Source: Podarcis vaucheri (lineage: Eukaryota). From it: a stretch of 64,000 nt of DNA. Below the pieces are notes generated by a model that had not been told where the DNA came from, did not search any database, and saw nothing but the letters and a program-made list of their open reading frames with translations. The stretch lies in the NCBI GenBank assembly GCA_965113315.1, contig OZ220379.1. One strand, given 5' to 3'. Shown here in pieces: positions 11,591-23,968 of the stretch (position 1 is the stretch's first letter; each line of letters starts with the position of its first letter). The position numbers and the translations under genes are program-made.

Positions 11591-12126
11591 TACAACCCGA
11601 CAGACCTCCCAAGTGTCCCGATTTCCCTGGGACAGTCCCAGACCTACAGAAGACATCCCGGTTTCTGATCTGATCCCGGAATGTCCCACTTTTCCTTTTT
11701 CTTCCATGTCTTGATCCTGAGTCAAAATGCTTCCTCCACGTCTCAGGGAATAATTAAAAGTGAACTTTGTGTAGGTGCAAAAACGGAGTCTGTTTATCCT
11801 AGAGATAAAATCCCCACACCAAATGGTGAAGCTGGCGCACAAAGCCCTTCCTATAATTTTGAAGGAAAATGTCACCAATCCGCTTTAAATTATTTCATTG
11901 CAATGCTTCTGCCATTTCTTAGGAAACACAGGGAGTGTTGAGTCCTTTCTTGTAAACAGAGACTTACACTGTCTACACAGAAGTAAGTCTCACTGTATTC
12001 CATGGAGCCGACTCCCACGTAACTGGGTCGAGACTGGGGAGCCTTACACCGCAATCTGAAGCATTTTGACTCAGAATCAAGTCTCACTGAGTTCCTTAGG
12101 ATTTACGCTCTGGTATGTTCCTGACT

Positions 12127-12468
12127 GGGACGTGGGTGGTGCTGTGGGTTAAACCACAGAGCCTAGGACCTGCCGATCAGAAGGTCGACGGTTCGAATCC
12201 CCGCGACAGGGTGAGCTCCCATTGCTCGGTCCCTGCTCCTGCCAACCTAGCAGTATGAAAGCACGTCAAAGTGCAAGTAGATAAATAGGTAGCACTCCGG
12301 CGGGAAGGTAAACGACGTTTCCATGCGCTGCTCTGGTTCACCAGAAGCGGCTTAGTCATGCTGGCCACATGACCCGGAAGCTGTACGCCAGCTCCCTCGG
12401 CCAGTAAAGTGAGACGAGTGCCGCAACCCCAGAGTCGGTCACGACAGGACCGGGGGTGCCTTTACCTT
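12127..12468 (+). mobile_element. Sauria SINE, full length
   Basis: Head to TTTACCTTT tail; 13-bp TSD TATGTTCCTGACT (12114-12126 / 12469-12481). Confidence 0.95.
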
Positions 12469-13453
12469 TATGTTCCTGACTCAAGGTAGCTTACAACTAC
12501 ATTTTTATTTCATTCCATGTGATAGGTCTTTTGAAAATTTTGATACCTCTATGGTAGTTTTGGTTTTGCGTTTTCGGAGCTCCGATTGGGAACCACCGTG
12601 CTAAACAACCTGGCTCTTTGACAACCTTTCAAGCTCAGCTGCATAAACCAACCAACCAAGAGGGCACTATATCTCTGCCTCGCAAATGTACAAAACAAGG
12701 CCAGAGTCAACAATATGAGCTGTATCCACCTTGAAACGTTTTTGTTCCTTTTCATGCTTATTTTGCCGATTTCCTATAGAGAAGACGGGCGATTTGGGGA
12801 ACAGAAGCTGAAAGGCAAATAAATTCCCCAGGAGACCTGGCACCATATGCCTGATGAGCCCACAGAGTCAAACCTTGGACCTGTCCAAATGGTCGGGCTG
12901 GGCTTTTGTCTTTGGTGACATCTATTAAAAGCGGCTCTCCAATGTTTGCTCAGAGCATCCTCTTTCCAGGCAGCTGGGCAAAAACACGACAATGCGGACA
13001 ACCCAGGCCGATTAGAGGAGTCCAAAATGTAAACATGGAGACTTTTCATCCAAGAGAAGCTGCTACAGAAGTGCAGATGAGGCTGCTAACACAGAGAGAG
13101 AGTGTGTGTATAATTGGGGTATAATGTCAGTTCAAGATGAGAGGCTACAAAAGTCAAACAAGCAGTTTGGTGCTACTATATAGCTGCACTTAAGGGCCTT
13201 GACTTTCTATACCGCCTGAAAGACCAAAAGCAGCATTAATTAGCTAATTTAGAAAGGGAGCGAGGTGGAGGGGCAATTCAATTTTGAAACAAGCCTAGGA
13301 AAGAAGTTAATAGGGGCTTTATATTAGGACTGCCATTTCAAAGTTTCGTTGTAAGGGTGGAGAGATTTCTGGGCGAGGGATCCACTCTTAAAATGTTATG
13401 GGAATTAAAAGGGCCTTCAGAAAGTATTGGCTGCCTTTGATAGCTCATAACTA

Positions 13454-13868
13454 CAGTGGTGCCCCGCAAGACGAATGCCTCGCAATACAAAAAACTCGCT
13501 AGACGAAAGTTTTTTCCGTTCGCGATTTGCCTCGCAAGACGAATTTCCCCTATGGGCTTGCTTCGCAAGACGAAAACGTCTCGCGACTTTTTTTCTTTGA
13601 CTAAAAACAAAGACATGTTTTGTTTATAAAGTTAATTTATTTTCCCTTAAATTTTTGAACTGCTCTTTACAGTATGTGTGACTTTAAAGAGCAGTTAATA
13701 AACTGTTGTTGTACCAAATTTGGCTTTGTTTGGACTTTTTTTGACCATAGGAACGCATTAATTGATTTTCAATGCATTCCTATGGGATTTCGTGCTTCGC
13801 AAGACGAAAAATTCGCTAGACGACAAAAATTGCGGAACGAATTAATTTCGTCTTGCGGGGCACCACTG
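13454..13868. mobile_element. Tigger-like MITE family B
   Basis: Same ~22-bp TIRs as 8201-8547, different internal segment; TA TSD. Confidence 0.92.
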
Positions 13869-13982
13869 TACCAAATAGATAGGTGTTCATGAGATCAGCT
13901 ATGTGGGTTCACTGAAAAGAAAGGCAGTGGTGGCAATGTTGGGTTGCCTCACCTAAAATGACATCTTTGGGCATTGCCACTA

Positions 13983-14224
13983 CAGTGGTACCTCAGGTTA
14001 AGTACTTAATTTGTTCTGGAGGTCCGTTCTTAACCTGAAACTGTTCTTAACCTGAAGCACCACTTTAGCTAATGGTGCCTCCCGCTGCAGCCGCGCCGCC
14101 GGAGCACGATTTCTGTTCTCATCCTGAAGCAAAGTTCCTAACCTGAGGTACTATTTCTGGGTTAGCGTAGTCAGTATCCTGAAGCGTATGTAACCTGAAG
14201 CGTACGTAACCCGAGGTACCACTG
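13983..14224. mobile_element. Tigger-like MITE family A
   Basis: TA|CAGTGGTACCTC...GAGGTACCACTG|TA. Confidence 0.92.
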
Positions 14225-14609
14225 TACTTGAAGAAGACATCTCCGTAGCTTTCGAGCCAACATCCTGCACAGAAAGGCAAGGTTTTCTAAGCAGAAGTAG
14301 GGCAGCCACCTCAGGCGCCATTGGGGTTTGGGGTGCCATTGAAGGGTGCAGAGTACACCTGACAGAACTGCCTGCTCCATACCCTCCAACATTTCTCCGG
14401 TGAAAATAAGGGCGTCCTAAGGAAAAGTGGGACATTCCAGGATCAAATCAGAAACCCAGGCAACTTCTGTAAATTCGGGGCTGTCCCTGGGAAGTTGGGA
14501 AACTTGGAAGGCCTATGAATGCACATCGGTATACTGTATAGCAGAGCCACAAAATCTTCTGCTACTCAGATCCTTTGAAATTCAATATAATTCTCCCTCA
14601 CTGCAACAA

Positions 14610-14835
14610 GTGAGGTTACAGGGCCTTCTCGGCAGTGGTGCCCTCCCTGTGGAACGCCCTCCCATCAGATGTCAAAGAGATAAAGAATTACACAACTTCT
14701 AGAAGACATCTGAAGGAAAGCCCTGTACCAGGAAGTTTTTAATGTTTTACTATGTTTTTACATGTGCTGTGCTGCCCAGAGTGGCTGGGAGAACCCAGCA
14801 AGATGGGTGGGGTATGAATTATAAAATTATTGTTT
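14610..14835 (+). mobile_element. L2-clade 3' fragment
   Basis: Same tail family (TAGAAGACATCTGAAGG...CCCAGAGTGGCTGG). Confidence 0.85.
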
Positions 14836-15130
14836 TATTAAATATTAATATTATTTATTAAATATTAATATTATTAAATGTTGTGATATCTGTAGATATC
14901 ACAACATAAGAATACAAAATTTAAAAAAAACACAATAAGAGAGTCTTAGTCCTGTTCCGTTTCTAAGGAACTGAATAAAAACTGGTTTACGGAGGGGTCC
15001 CTTCCAAAAAGAGCACCCCTTTCACAATTAAATTGAGTCAACATCTGCATCAGCTGATGATGTAACCACATGCATGGGCTCCTGCTTTATGTCAATAGTT
15101 AGTGCAAGCAGAGAAATGTACACAATGACA

Positions 15131-15500
15131 TAATTAATAATAATAATAATTTATTTCTACCCTGCCCATCTGGCTAGGTTTCCCCAGCCACTTTGGGCGG
15201 CTTCCAACAAAAGATTAAAAATACATTAAAACATCAGTCATTAAAAACTTCCCTAAACAGGGCTGCCTTCAGATGTCTTCTAAACATCAGATAGTTGTTT
15301 ATTTCCTTGACATCTGATAGGAGGGCGTTCCACAGGGTGGGTGCCACCACTGAGAAGGCCCTCTGCCTGGTTCCCTGTAACCTCACTTCTCGCAGTGAGG
15401 GGACTGCCAGAAGGCCCTTGGAACTGGACCTCAGTGTCCGGGCTGAACGATGGAGGTGGAGACGCTCCTTCAGGTATACTGGGTCAAGGCCATTTAGGGC
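15131..15500 (-). mobile_element. L2-clade LINE 3' fragment
   Basis: Reverse complement of the 16.2-16.7 kb element. Confidence 0.88.
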
Positions 15501-16160
15501 ATCACAACATGGGGCAGGGGAAACATTTGTACAGACTTCTGAGGGCAGAAGGGGAGAGATTTTGGTGCACGGGTGACAGTAGTAGTAGCAGCCATGCCCT
15601 AAATTAACTGCTCCTGAATCCTCCCTCCTTTCAGTCCATTTGCTTGGTCTTTACAGAGGGCAGAAGTATTTTTAGCAGGACACTGGAAAACCCCAGCAGT
15701 ACCGTATATTTAGATCCTGGACTCAGATTTGCATTTATAGCCAGCCTGTCTAAAGCATCTGGCATCTCATGACAAATGGAAGTGTCGCTGTGCGCTGTGT
15801 GTTTTGCATAACCTCTCTCTCTCCCCGGAGCACCATTTTGAAATTCCTAGCAAGAAAGCCTTGTCTGTGGATATCAGATGTAAGCAAAACATGTGTACAT
15901 CTATAGTAGATACTGAGAATACTGATGAAAATCAAAGCCAGGATACCTGGTTTCTTTACTTATTTGTATGGCGTTGCTCTCAAATATTTAGCATTCAGAA
16001 TGAAACGTTTTCAAATTATGCCAGGACGTATTCTATTACCTGTGCTAGTTTCTCCCAGTACAGCTGTGGCGCAACAGAAATGGCACATACCAAACTGCTC
16101 AGATTTTGAGGTGCTGTTACATTTTTCTCCAGTATTGAGATCATTTTCTCAGTTCCTCAG

Positions 16161-16671
16161 TTGAAGGTGACCCGGAAACTACAACCAATCCAGAATGCGG
16201 CATCTAGACTGGTGACTGGGAGCGGCCGCCGAAACCATATAACACTGGTGTTGAAAGACCTACACTGGCTCCCAGTACGTTTCTGAGCACAATTCAAAGT
16301 GTTGGTGCTGACCTTTAAAGCTTTAAATGGCCTTTGTACAGTATACCTGAAGGAGCGTCTCCACCCCCATTGTTCAGCCCAGACACTGAGGTCCAGCGCT
16401 GAGGGCCTTCTGGCGGTTCCCTCACTGCGTGAAGGGAGGTTACAGGGAACCAGGCAGAGGGCCTTCTCGGTGGTGGCGCCCGCCCTGTGGAACGCCCTCC
16501 TATCAGATGACAAAGAAATAAACAACTATCTGACATTTAGAAGACATCTGAGGCACTCCTGTATTGGGAAGTTTTTAATGACTGATGTTTTAGTGTATTT
16601 TTAATCTTTTGTTGGTAGCCGCCCAAAGTGGCTGGGGAAACCCAGCCAGATGGGCGAGGTATAAATAACAA

Positions 16672-16728
<57 letters not shown>
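16161..16728 (+). mobile_element. L2-clade LINE 3' fragment with (ATT)n tail
   Basis: Translates to KLQPIQNAASRLVTG...LKDLHWLPV..QFKVLVLTFKAL...RAFSVVAPALWNAL, typical of the L2 ORF2 C-terminus. Confidence 0.9.
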
Positions 16729-16729
<1 letters not shown>

Positions 16730-17574
16730 CTAAGGTTCCAGATTGCATAGCTGCCAAAACACTGCATTTGAGTATTTTCTGGTTTTAATTCCCCCCTGAA
16801 TTTCAGCATAATTGCTGAATTATCCTCACAAATATACTACCAAAGCTGAACACGCTTGGCTCCAGGGAGTGAGCCACGGTACCACTGCTGAATCCTCACC
16901 TGTCAGCATCATTTGCCTGCCAAACAAAACAGAGAAGGCCTTCAAATATGTAAAATAAACCATGTTGGCAGGCTATTATTTCGAATCTGGGAGACACCGA
17001 GCTCTACTTCAGTATGGTATGATTTAAAAAATGGCTTCACTTTGAAACACAGTCATACCTTGGTTTTCAAACAGCTTAGTTCTTGAACGTTTTGGCTCCC
17101 GAACGCCACAAACCCGGAAGTGACTCTGTTCTGGTTTGCGAACTATTTTTGGAAGCCGAACGGACTTCTGGAACGGATTCTGTTCGACTTCCAAGGTATG
17201 ACTATAAAAGCAAGGAGGCTTCTTGAGGCCTGCCTCATGGGGGAAGTAGCTGTTGTAGTTAAAACTGGTTGCATAGTGAAGATGTGGAGAGGATGTCATA
17301 GGTCACATGCATGGAGCAGAGTTCATATGCACAGGTACTCTCAGATTTTCTCAGCCGGGTTACTAGGGTTGCAGGGGTGTGGCCAAGTTATGCTCTTTTC
17401 TGAGTCCTCCTTCCTTGCAAAGACACTGTGCATACTTGAGAATTGCAGCTTTACAAAAAGCTCAGCACCCAACTAAACTGAAGTGTCTTACTTTGGTGAA
17501 ATTCATACAGAGGCCAAAGTCAAAACGCAAGTGCTAAAGACACCAGGTCTCTATGTCCAGATCATAAGTGTCCA

Positions 17575-18323
17575 GATCAAGGGAAATAATAGTACCACTC
17601 TATTCTATCTTGCTGAGACCACACCTGGAATACCATGTCCAATTCTGGGCACCATGATTTAGGAAGGATGCTGACAAGCCAAACTGTGTGCAGAGAAGGG
17701 CAACCAAGATGATTGAGGGTCTGGAAACCAAGCTCTATGAGGAGCGCTAGAAGGCAGCTGGGTATGTTTAGCCTGGAAAAGAGGAGACTGAGAGGACAGA
17801 CGAAAGCCACCTTCAAATATCTCCACGGCTGTCACATGGAAGAGGGAACAAGCTTGTTTTCTCCTGCTCTGGAGAGTAGGGTTCAAACCAGAACTTTCTG
17901 ACAGTAAGAGCTGTTCAAGAGTGGAACGGTCTCCTTTGGGAGGTTGTAGACTCTCATTCCTTGGAGGTTTCTAAGCAGAGATTGGATGGTCATCTGTCAT
18001 GGATGCTTTAGCTGAGGTTTCTTCATTGCAGGGGGATTGGACTAGATCAGGGGTCGACAAGGTTTATCTTGCCTGGGCCCGATCGGTCCTGCGGAGATCC
18101 CTCTGTGGGCTGGATCATGCGTGCATGCATCTGCGCGCCCCTGATTTTCGGTGTCTGCACGCCTGCGATTTTCGGTGCCACAGAAGTGAGTCCCTGCGCT
18201 ACGCTGCACTGGTTTAGCGCAGTGTGCAAGCAGGCATTAGGGCATTAGAGTGAGCCTTAGGTTGGTGACCCCTGGACTAGATGATCCTCAGGGTCCCTTC
18301 CAACTCTACAGTTCTATGATTCT
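17575..18323 (+). mobile_element. CR1 LINE 3' fragment interrupted by a hAT MITE
   Basis: SREIIVPLYSILLRPHLEYHVQFWAP..., ending TTCTATGATTCT (CR1 terminal repeat). Confidence 0.9.
18048..18274. mobile_element. hAT-type MITE nested in CR1
   Basis: TIR CAGGGGTC...GACCCCTG; perfect 8-bp TSD GACTAGAT. Confidence 0.9.
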
Positions 18324-19181
18324 GTATCAATGCCATTCTCTAAGACCAAACGCTCCAATTCTCCCATCTCAGCTCAAAGGCTTCTAGCATTAGTGGAGAA
18401 ACACATGCATGCCTTCTCTCTCTTCAAGTGTCACAATCCATACTTCCAAATACTCATAAAAATCCAGTCATTAAATTAACAGCAAGGCAGTCCTCATTCA
18501 ATCATCAAAATATATCCATTTTTGACTCTTGATTTAAACCAGTCGGTTAAATACAGTTCATTCGGCAATTTCCAAGGTTAGATTAAATTAATAATTCAAA
18601 ATTGACCGGCAATAATAAATTCTTCTGCTATTAAAGTTCATCCAGAAATTAATTTCCTCATATGGATTTACTCTACAAATTCATTCATTCCATAATGGGC
18701 TCAGAAACCCTCAGCCAAGTAAATTAACTGAGCTCATTTTACCTGACAATCAAACGGAGGTGAGAAAAGCAAGATTTCTGTACTCTGCCTTGATTGGTTC
18801 TTAGGAACAAAAATCTATACCTTGTTTTGAAACACACTATATTTTTAAAATAGAAACGCAGTATTGCAGCTGCATTGGCACCAATAGCTGAAAAGGCAAG
18901 CTGGTTAAAGGAAGCCTGATCTCACTTAGCATTATATTTTCAGAAATTAAGAAGATAAGGAGGACATATACAGGCTATACCAGGATACATAGAAGTTTAA
19001 CCATGTTGTTGTCTATCATGCTTGCATTGTTGCTGTTTTTGTATATATGACAAATGTAACCTTAAAGCAAGAACATTGTTGAGCACCAACTGTACATTAT
19101 AAACATATTTGCCAGAGGCATAGATTTTGATCTTCCATATTCTGAATAAATGTGACATTTTCCTAAGTCTCTTTTCGTAAG

Positions 19182-19187
19182 TTTATT
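19182..19187 (-). terminator. Candidate FKTN poly(A) signal AATAAA (implies ~2.4 kb 3'UTR)
   Basis: First canonical minus-strand AATAAA I found after the stop codon; downstream GU-rich element is weak. Confidence 0.45.
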
Positions 19188-19907
19188 TAAAAAGTTCAGA
19201 ACATATGTATTAATTTTAAAGCCTCCTTCAGATTATTTCGTACTGAGTAACATCCTTAAATCTAGGTTTAGTACATTAAAGTACATTAAAACCTTCGTCC
19301 CGAATCCAGAAAAGTTACTCGATACTAACTTGTCACATTGACTTCAATAGGACAGAAGGAACAACCAACTTTTCCTTGACAGGAGCCACCGACAAGAAGA
19401 GCATCATCATACATTGTACAAAACAGCAAACAACTTCATCAATAAGTTAAAACACAATATTGTACGTGGATCATTTAAATACTATTTGTTTTAGTGAGGG
19501 GACATGCATTAGTACCTTCTGTCTTTTTCCTTATCTACACAAGATAAACAATAGTGGTTTTAAAAAAAAAAGTATTCACATTTTCTGCCCACAAATAGAA
19601 ATGTCTACATTATTGTGCTTTGTATAACAGAGCTCCCAACAATGCAAAACAGACTTCAGACCACAGTGAGCCACGTACAAATAAAATATACTACAAGAAC
19701 TTCTTCAGAGATAACAGTATTTCACATCGTCCTGATCGTCAGTTTCAAATCTCTTTGAACTGCTGCCCATAATAAGGTATGTGACAAATTATTTTTGATT
19801 ATATTTTTTTGTACAATGCTCCCCCCTCCCCAGTTATCTCCTAACGATGGGGACATGGCAGGAAAGTCTTGAACTATGGTTAAAGGTCAATGATACACTA
19901 TTAAAAG

Positions 19908-20030
19908 CAGTGCTATTTTTCTAGAAAAATAGATGCCCGAACTCACCATGAACTCACCTCGTTCTCTTAGAATGGCAATGGTGCCCACCTGAGAGTTCCG
20001 GTGAGTTCCAGCTGGGGGGAAAAAACCCTG
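19908..20030. mobile_element. hAT-type MITE (in probable FKTN 3'UTR)
   Basis: CAG...CTG ends; 8-bp TSD ATTAAAAG. Confidence 0.85.
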
Positions 20031-20560
20031 ATTAAAAGTAGTATGGGTTGCTATTTTCCCATGAGTGAAATCCCACTGGGAATATCTGTAAAAAGGAGCC
20101 ATGTTGGGATGTGGTCCCCTTTTCAATGCTCTATGAGAATAAGAGGAATTGCTCTTCTGCCTCCGTGAGTCACCTACCCTTACATCCTATTTCCTGTAAT
20201 GACCAACTGGGAACCTCAAGGAAGTCCACAAGCTCTTCTTAAATACTTAATGCAATAGACCAAGGATGGCCAGCATCTGTATTCTGAGCGGCCATACTGC
20301 ATTACCAATGAGTAAGCTGCGAAGGGCTCTCACCCGCCAGCAAGACTCCCTCAAAAGTGGTCCTGAGTGGGGGCTTCAAGAAAAACCTGGACTCGAGAGG
20401 TTGGAAAGAAGCTATGAGCAATTTAGGTGAAAGGGGACCATTTGAGTCAGATGGCCATTCGAGTAGGTGACATCATTTCCTCCTACTTTCAGATCCATTA
20501 GCTGCTAAAGTGATACCGGACCCTGTAGATTCAAACACAAGTTTTAACTAACAACCCATC

Positions 20561-21129
20561 TGTGGGATGTGATACATAGATAGCAGTCAAATGCAACATT
20601 CCTTGTTTTCCGAGAGTGGACTTGCAAGGGAATGTTTGGTCCAGCCACTTCCTGTTTCCTCCTGGCCTGGGACATACTTCCTCTTGCATGTGACCAGAGG
20701 TGGGGATGACTTTACCTGGGCAGGTAACAAAAGCACAAGGCACGCAACCCTCCTCCCTCTCTTTTCCATCTTCCTTTTGTTGTGTGAACTGCGGTCACTG
20801 GGATTAACCCCCCCCCCTTATGGGGTAGTTCCATATATATATACTTTGTAACTAAGTCTGCCTTCAGAGATCCATCTGTGAACTGAATGCGTGAGTAAAC
20901 TTATACACATTACACAAGACTGTGTCGTGTCTATTCTTTTAGGAGGGATATAAAAGGGTCTTACCAGGAATCTAATATTGAGAAGCTTAAACAAGCTTGC
21001 AACAAGCTATCCGCTGTGCATTTAAAAGGGGAATGTAAAACTCTGCTGAATTACAAAACTTGCTAGCACAAGTTAGGAAGGATATTATTAAACAATATAT
21101 CCTCTCCTGCCTCCCTGAACATTCCCACA
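20561..21129 (+). mobile_element. Solo-LTR-like element (boundaries uncertain)
   Basis: TGTGGGATGT...ACATTCCCACA terminal inverted repeat; internal AGTAAA followed by GT-rich TGTGTCGTGTCT. No TSD found, and the left end may extend further. Confidence 0.5.
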
Positions 21130-21562
21130 AAAACTTCCATTTCAACTGCTAAATAGCCCATGGCTTGCCATACAACTGGTACCACCCACCTGTGTTTTTC
21201 AGTGAGCTGTGGTGTAGACATTAATGGTGGGCTGTATTTGGTGACCCCTAGTTTGGGCAGAATAGGCAGCTTTTTTCTTGACTTAGGGACATTTGCTGCA
21301 ACAAATGTTCAAAATGGCCGCCCAGTATTACTTTTTCCTTAAATACAACTTTTATGTAGCTTATTCCCCACCCCACCCCCCATCCTCAGCTGTAGAAAAG
21401 AGTTCTTCAGAGTTCCTGAAGCAGGACATCCATTTGCTTGTGCGTTGACCAACTGAACAGTGAATATACCTTTTACAGCATCTCCTTTGGAAATGGCTGA
21501 AGCATTCCACAGTCGACGATGCCTTGTGGGCAACATAAATACATGTATTTGCTTTAGATTGA

Positions 21563-21776
21563 TCAGTAGAGTTGAATGACTTCTTCCCATTCGTTGATAG
21601 GCCAGATCCCATTGGGCTGGACGTTGGGTGGAGAGTTTTTCCAGTCCCACATCTTCACGGGTATCTTCCACTCTTTACCGTAGTTGGCTTCAATGTAATG
21701 GAGAGTTTCACATGGCACACGTACCTTGAGTTCTACGAACTCAGTCCAACATAGTGTAAATTTGGGAAACAGATAC
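21563..21776 (-). CDS. FKTN: Fukutin last coding exon (TGA at 21565-21563)
   Basis: 214 nt, [13 protein letters not shown]...[13 protein letters not shown]. The nine exons sum to 1386 nt = 461 aa + stop with consistent phases. Confidence 0.97.
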
Positions 21777-22558
21777 CTGTGTCGCAGAAAAAGAACAGGA
21801 AGGTCAGTGATGAAGGAAAGGGGCTTTGTAATCCAATCAGTGAAATGTGGTGCGACTTCATTGACTCTGCATACACATAATGTTGTAAGAATTCTGGGAT
21901 TGAGTAAAAGTGTCTGCATCCAGATTGCATATTGCAGAATTTGGGCTAAAATGGCTTCTACAACTACATACTAAACACCTTTGCATGACTTATACAGACG
22001 TACCTTGGTTTTCGAACAGCTTAGTTCTGCTTCCTGCAGCCAATCAGAAGCCGTGCTTTGGTTTTTGAATGTTTTGGAAGCCGAACGGACTTCCAGAATG
22101 GATGCCGTTCAACTTCCAACGTACGACTGTACTGGCAAATTTGGGTTGAACAATTATAGTTAACCAAGAGGGTCCTGAACAACAAACCCGCTTCCCCAAA
22201 ATGCCTGCATTTTTGCAATGGGAAAACTCACTAGAAAACGTGGGGAAACGCTTGTCTAACCTCACTGCAAACCAATCAGAATGAAATGCTCATTAAATAG
22301 CCAACACTGTCCATTCTCCCTGCGAACAAATCAAGATGAATGCTGAACAGGTCCCCTAGAACCACACCCAGTTTTATCCAAAAAGTGGTTTGAAAGCCAC
22401 TGGTGGTTTGAAAAAGTGGTCTGCAATTCCCTCGTGGTTTATCGTTTTTATATTGGTGGTAGAATGAAGCTGCACTACACTAATTGCTAAGATTATCTCA
22501 TATTGCAGTTTGTCAAGCTCTATTTCCTTCCCCCACAGACGCCAAGTCTGACTCATAC

Positions 22559-22686
22559 TTGAATTTCTTGCCCGATTTGGCCTGAGTTCCGCCATTCCAC
22601 ACGTGGTCATCCTCTTCATAGAAGAAAAATATATCGAGCTTTACTTCATCCTCTCCTTGAAAGGAGAGCTCCAAGCTGTCTTCAAC
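22559..22686 (-). CDS. FKTN: Fukutin coding exon 8
   Basis: 128 nt, [42 protein letters not shown](K). Confidence 0.97.
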
Positions 22687-23608
22687 CTGTAAGGTAGACA
22701 GGGGGAAAGCACCTTATATGACACAGATAATATTAAAAGAGGCTGCAAAAGTCAAACACTGCAAACATACAAGAGGGACACATGCCAGGTCTTTGCGCAA
22801 TGATTTTTAGGCACAAATGACATGATACATGTTTGAGTTTTCTTTATTTTATTTTTTTCTGTTACTAAAGCATGCTTAAAATAAAGCAGCATCTGCTGTA
22901 GAGAACCCAGTCTGCACCACGCTCCCAATCTGGATTGGGGATCCTGCACCAAGTCTCCTGTTGAAAACCTTCCCAGACGACTTGCCTACCCAAGTATTGC
23001 TTGCACTATATGGCACCCTAGGGGTTGGGGAACTAGCAACCGTGGCAGAAAAGGGTATGCTTTGGCAGGGAACAAGAAGCCAGTTGGGACCTCGCTCCAG
23101 ACTGAGAGCTGGCGCATCTTCAAAACAAGGAAATAGTTTAAGCATGCATTTTTTAAAAAAATTATAACCGGTAACTGGGCTTTGTAAAGAAAACCAAGAC
23201 TGTTCCTAACCGTTTGGGCTCTTTAGTCACACCAGGATTTAACGGCCTGTTTGAAACCACCTTATCCATATACAAATAAACATTTATTCATGGTTATCAG
23301 GTATACTGTATGAGAAGACTATTTATATATCCAGCCTTTCCCCCAAGAAGCTCAAGGTGGCATACATTTTTGCCGGGCCTGATGCTCAGGATGCCTAGAG
23401 GTCTGTGGAGTGGGGTGTGTCGTTTAGGGGTTTGTGTTAAGGTCAAGTTTTAATTTCGGAGCGACTTCATTTTTTGCTGTTACTGGTATGAATGCTTTGC
23501 ATCATTATTGCTGGACTTTATCATGACTTATGTAACGACTGCTTACTTTTATTGCATGCTTGTTTTCATTTATGGCTTATGACTGCTTTTGCAACTAAGT
23601 AAATCTTT

Positions 23609-23968
23609 TGGTGCTGGAGCAGACTCTTGAGAGTCCCATGGACTGCAAGAAGATCAAACCTCTCCATTCTTAAGGAAATCAGACCTGAGTGCTCACTGGA
23701 AGGACAGATCCTGAAGCTGAGGCTCCAATACTTTGGCCACCTCATGAGAAGAGAAAACTCCCTGGAAAAGACCCTGATGTTGGGAAAGATGGAGGGCACA
23801 AGGAGAAGGGGACGACAGAGGACGAGATGGTTGGATAGTGTTCTGGAAGCTACCAGCATGAGTCTGACCAAACTGCGGGAGGCAGTGGAAGACAGGAGTG
23901 CCTGGCGTACTCTGGTCCATGGGGTCACGAAGAGTCGGACATGACTAAACGACTAAACAACAACAACA
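23609..23968 (+). mobile_element. BovB (RTE) LINE 3' fragment (FKTN intron)
   Basis: Near-identical to the 10.6-kb copy; (AAC)n tail; TSD AAATCTTTTGGTG / AAATATTTTGGTG (23601-23613 / 23969-23981), whose 3' end overlaps element sequence. Confidence 0.95.

Noticed and set aside
1-19000. TAL2 coding sequence expected by synteny
   Set aside because: No ORF resembling the TAL2 bHLH (RERWRQQNVN...) in the ORF track or by eye. It probably lies left of the window; the gap's true size is unknown.
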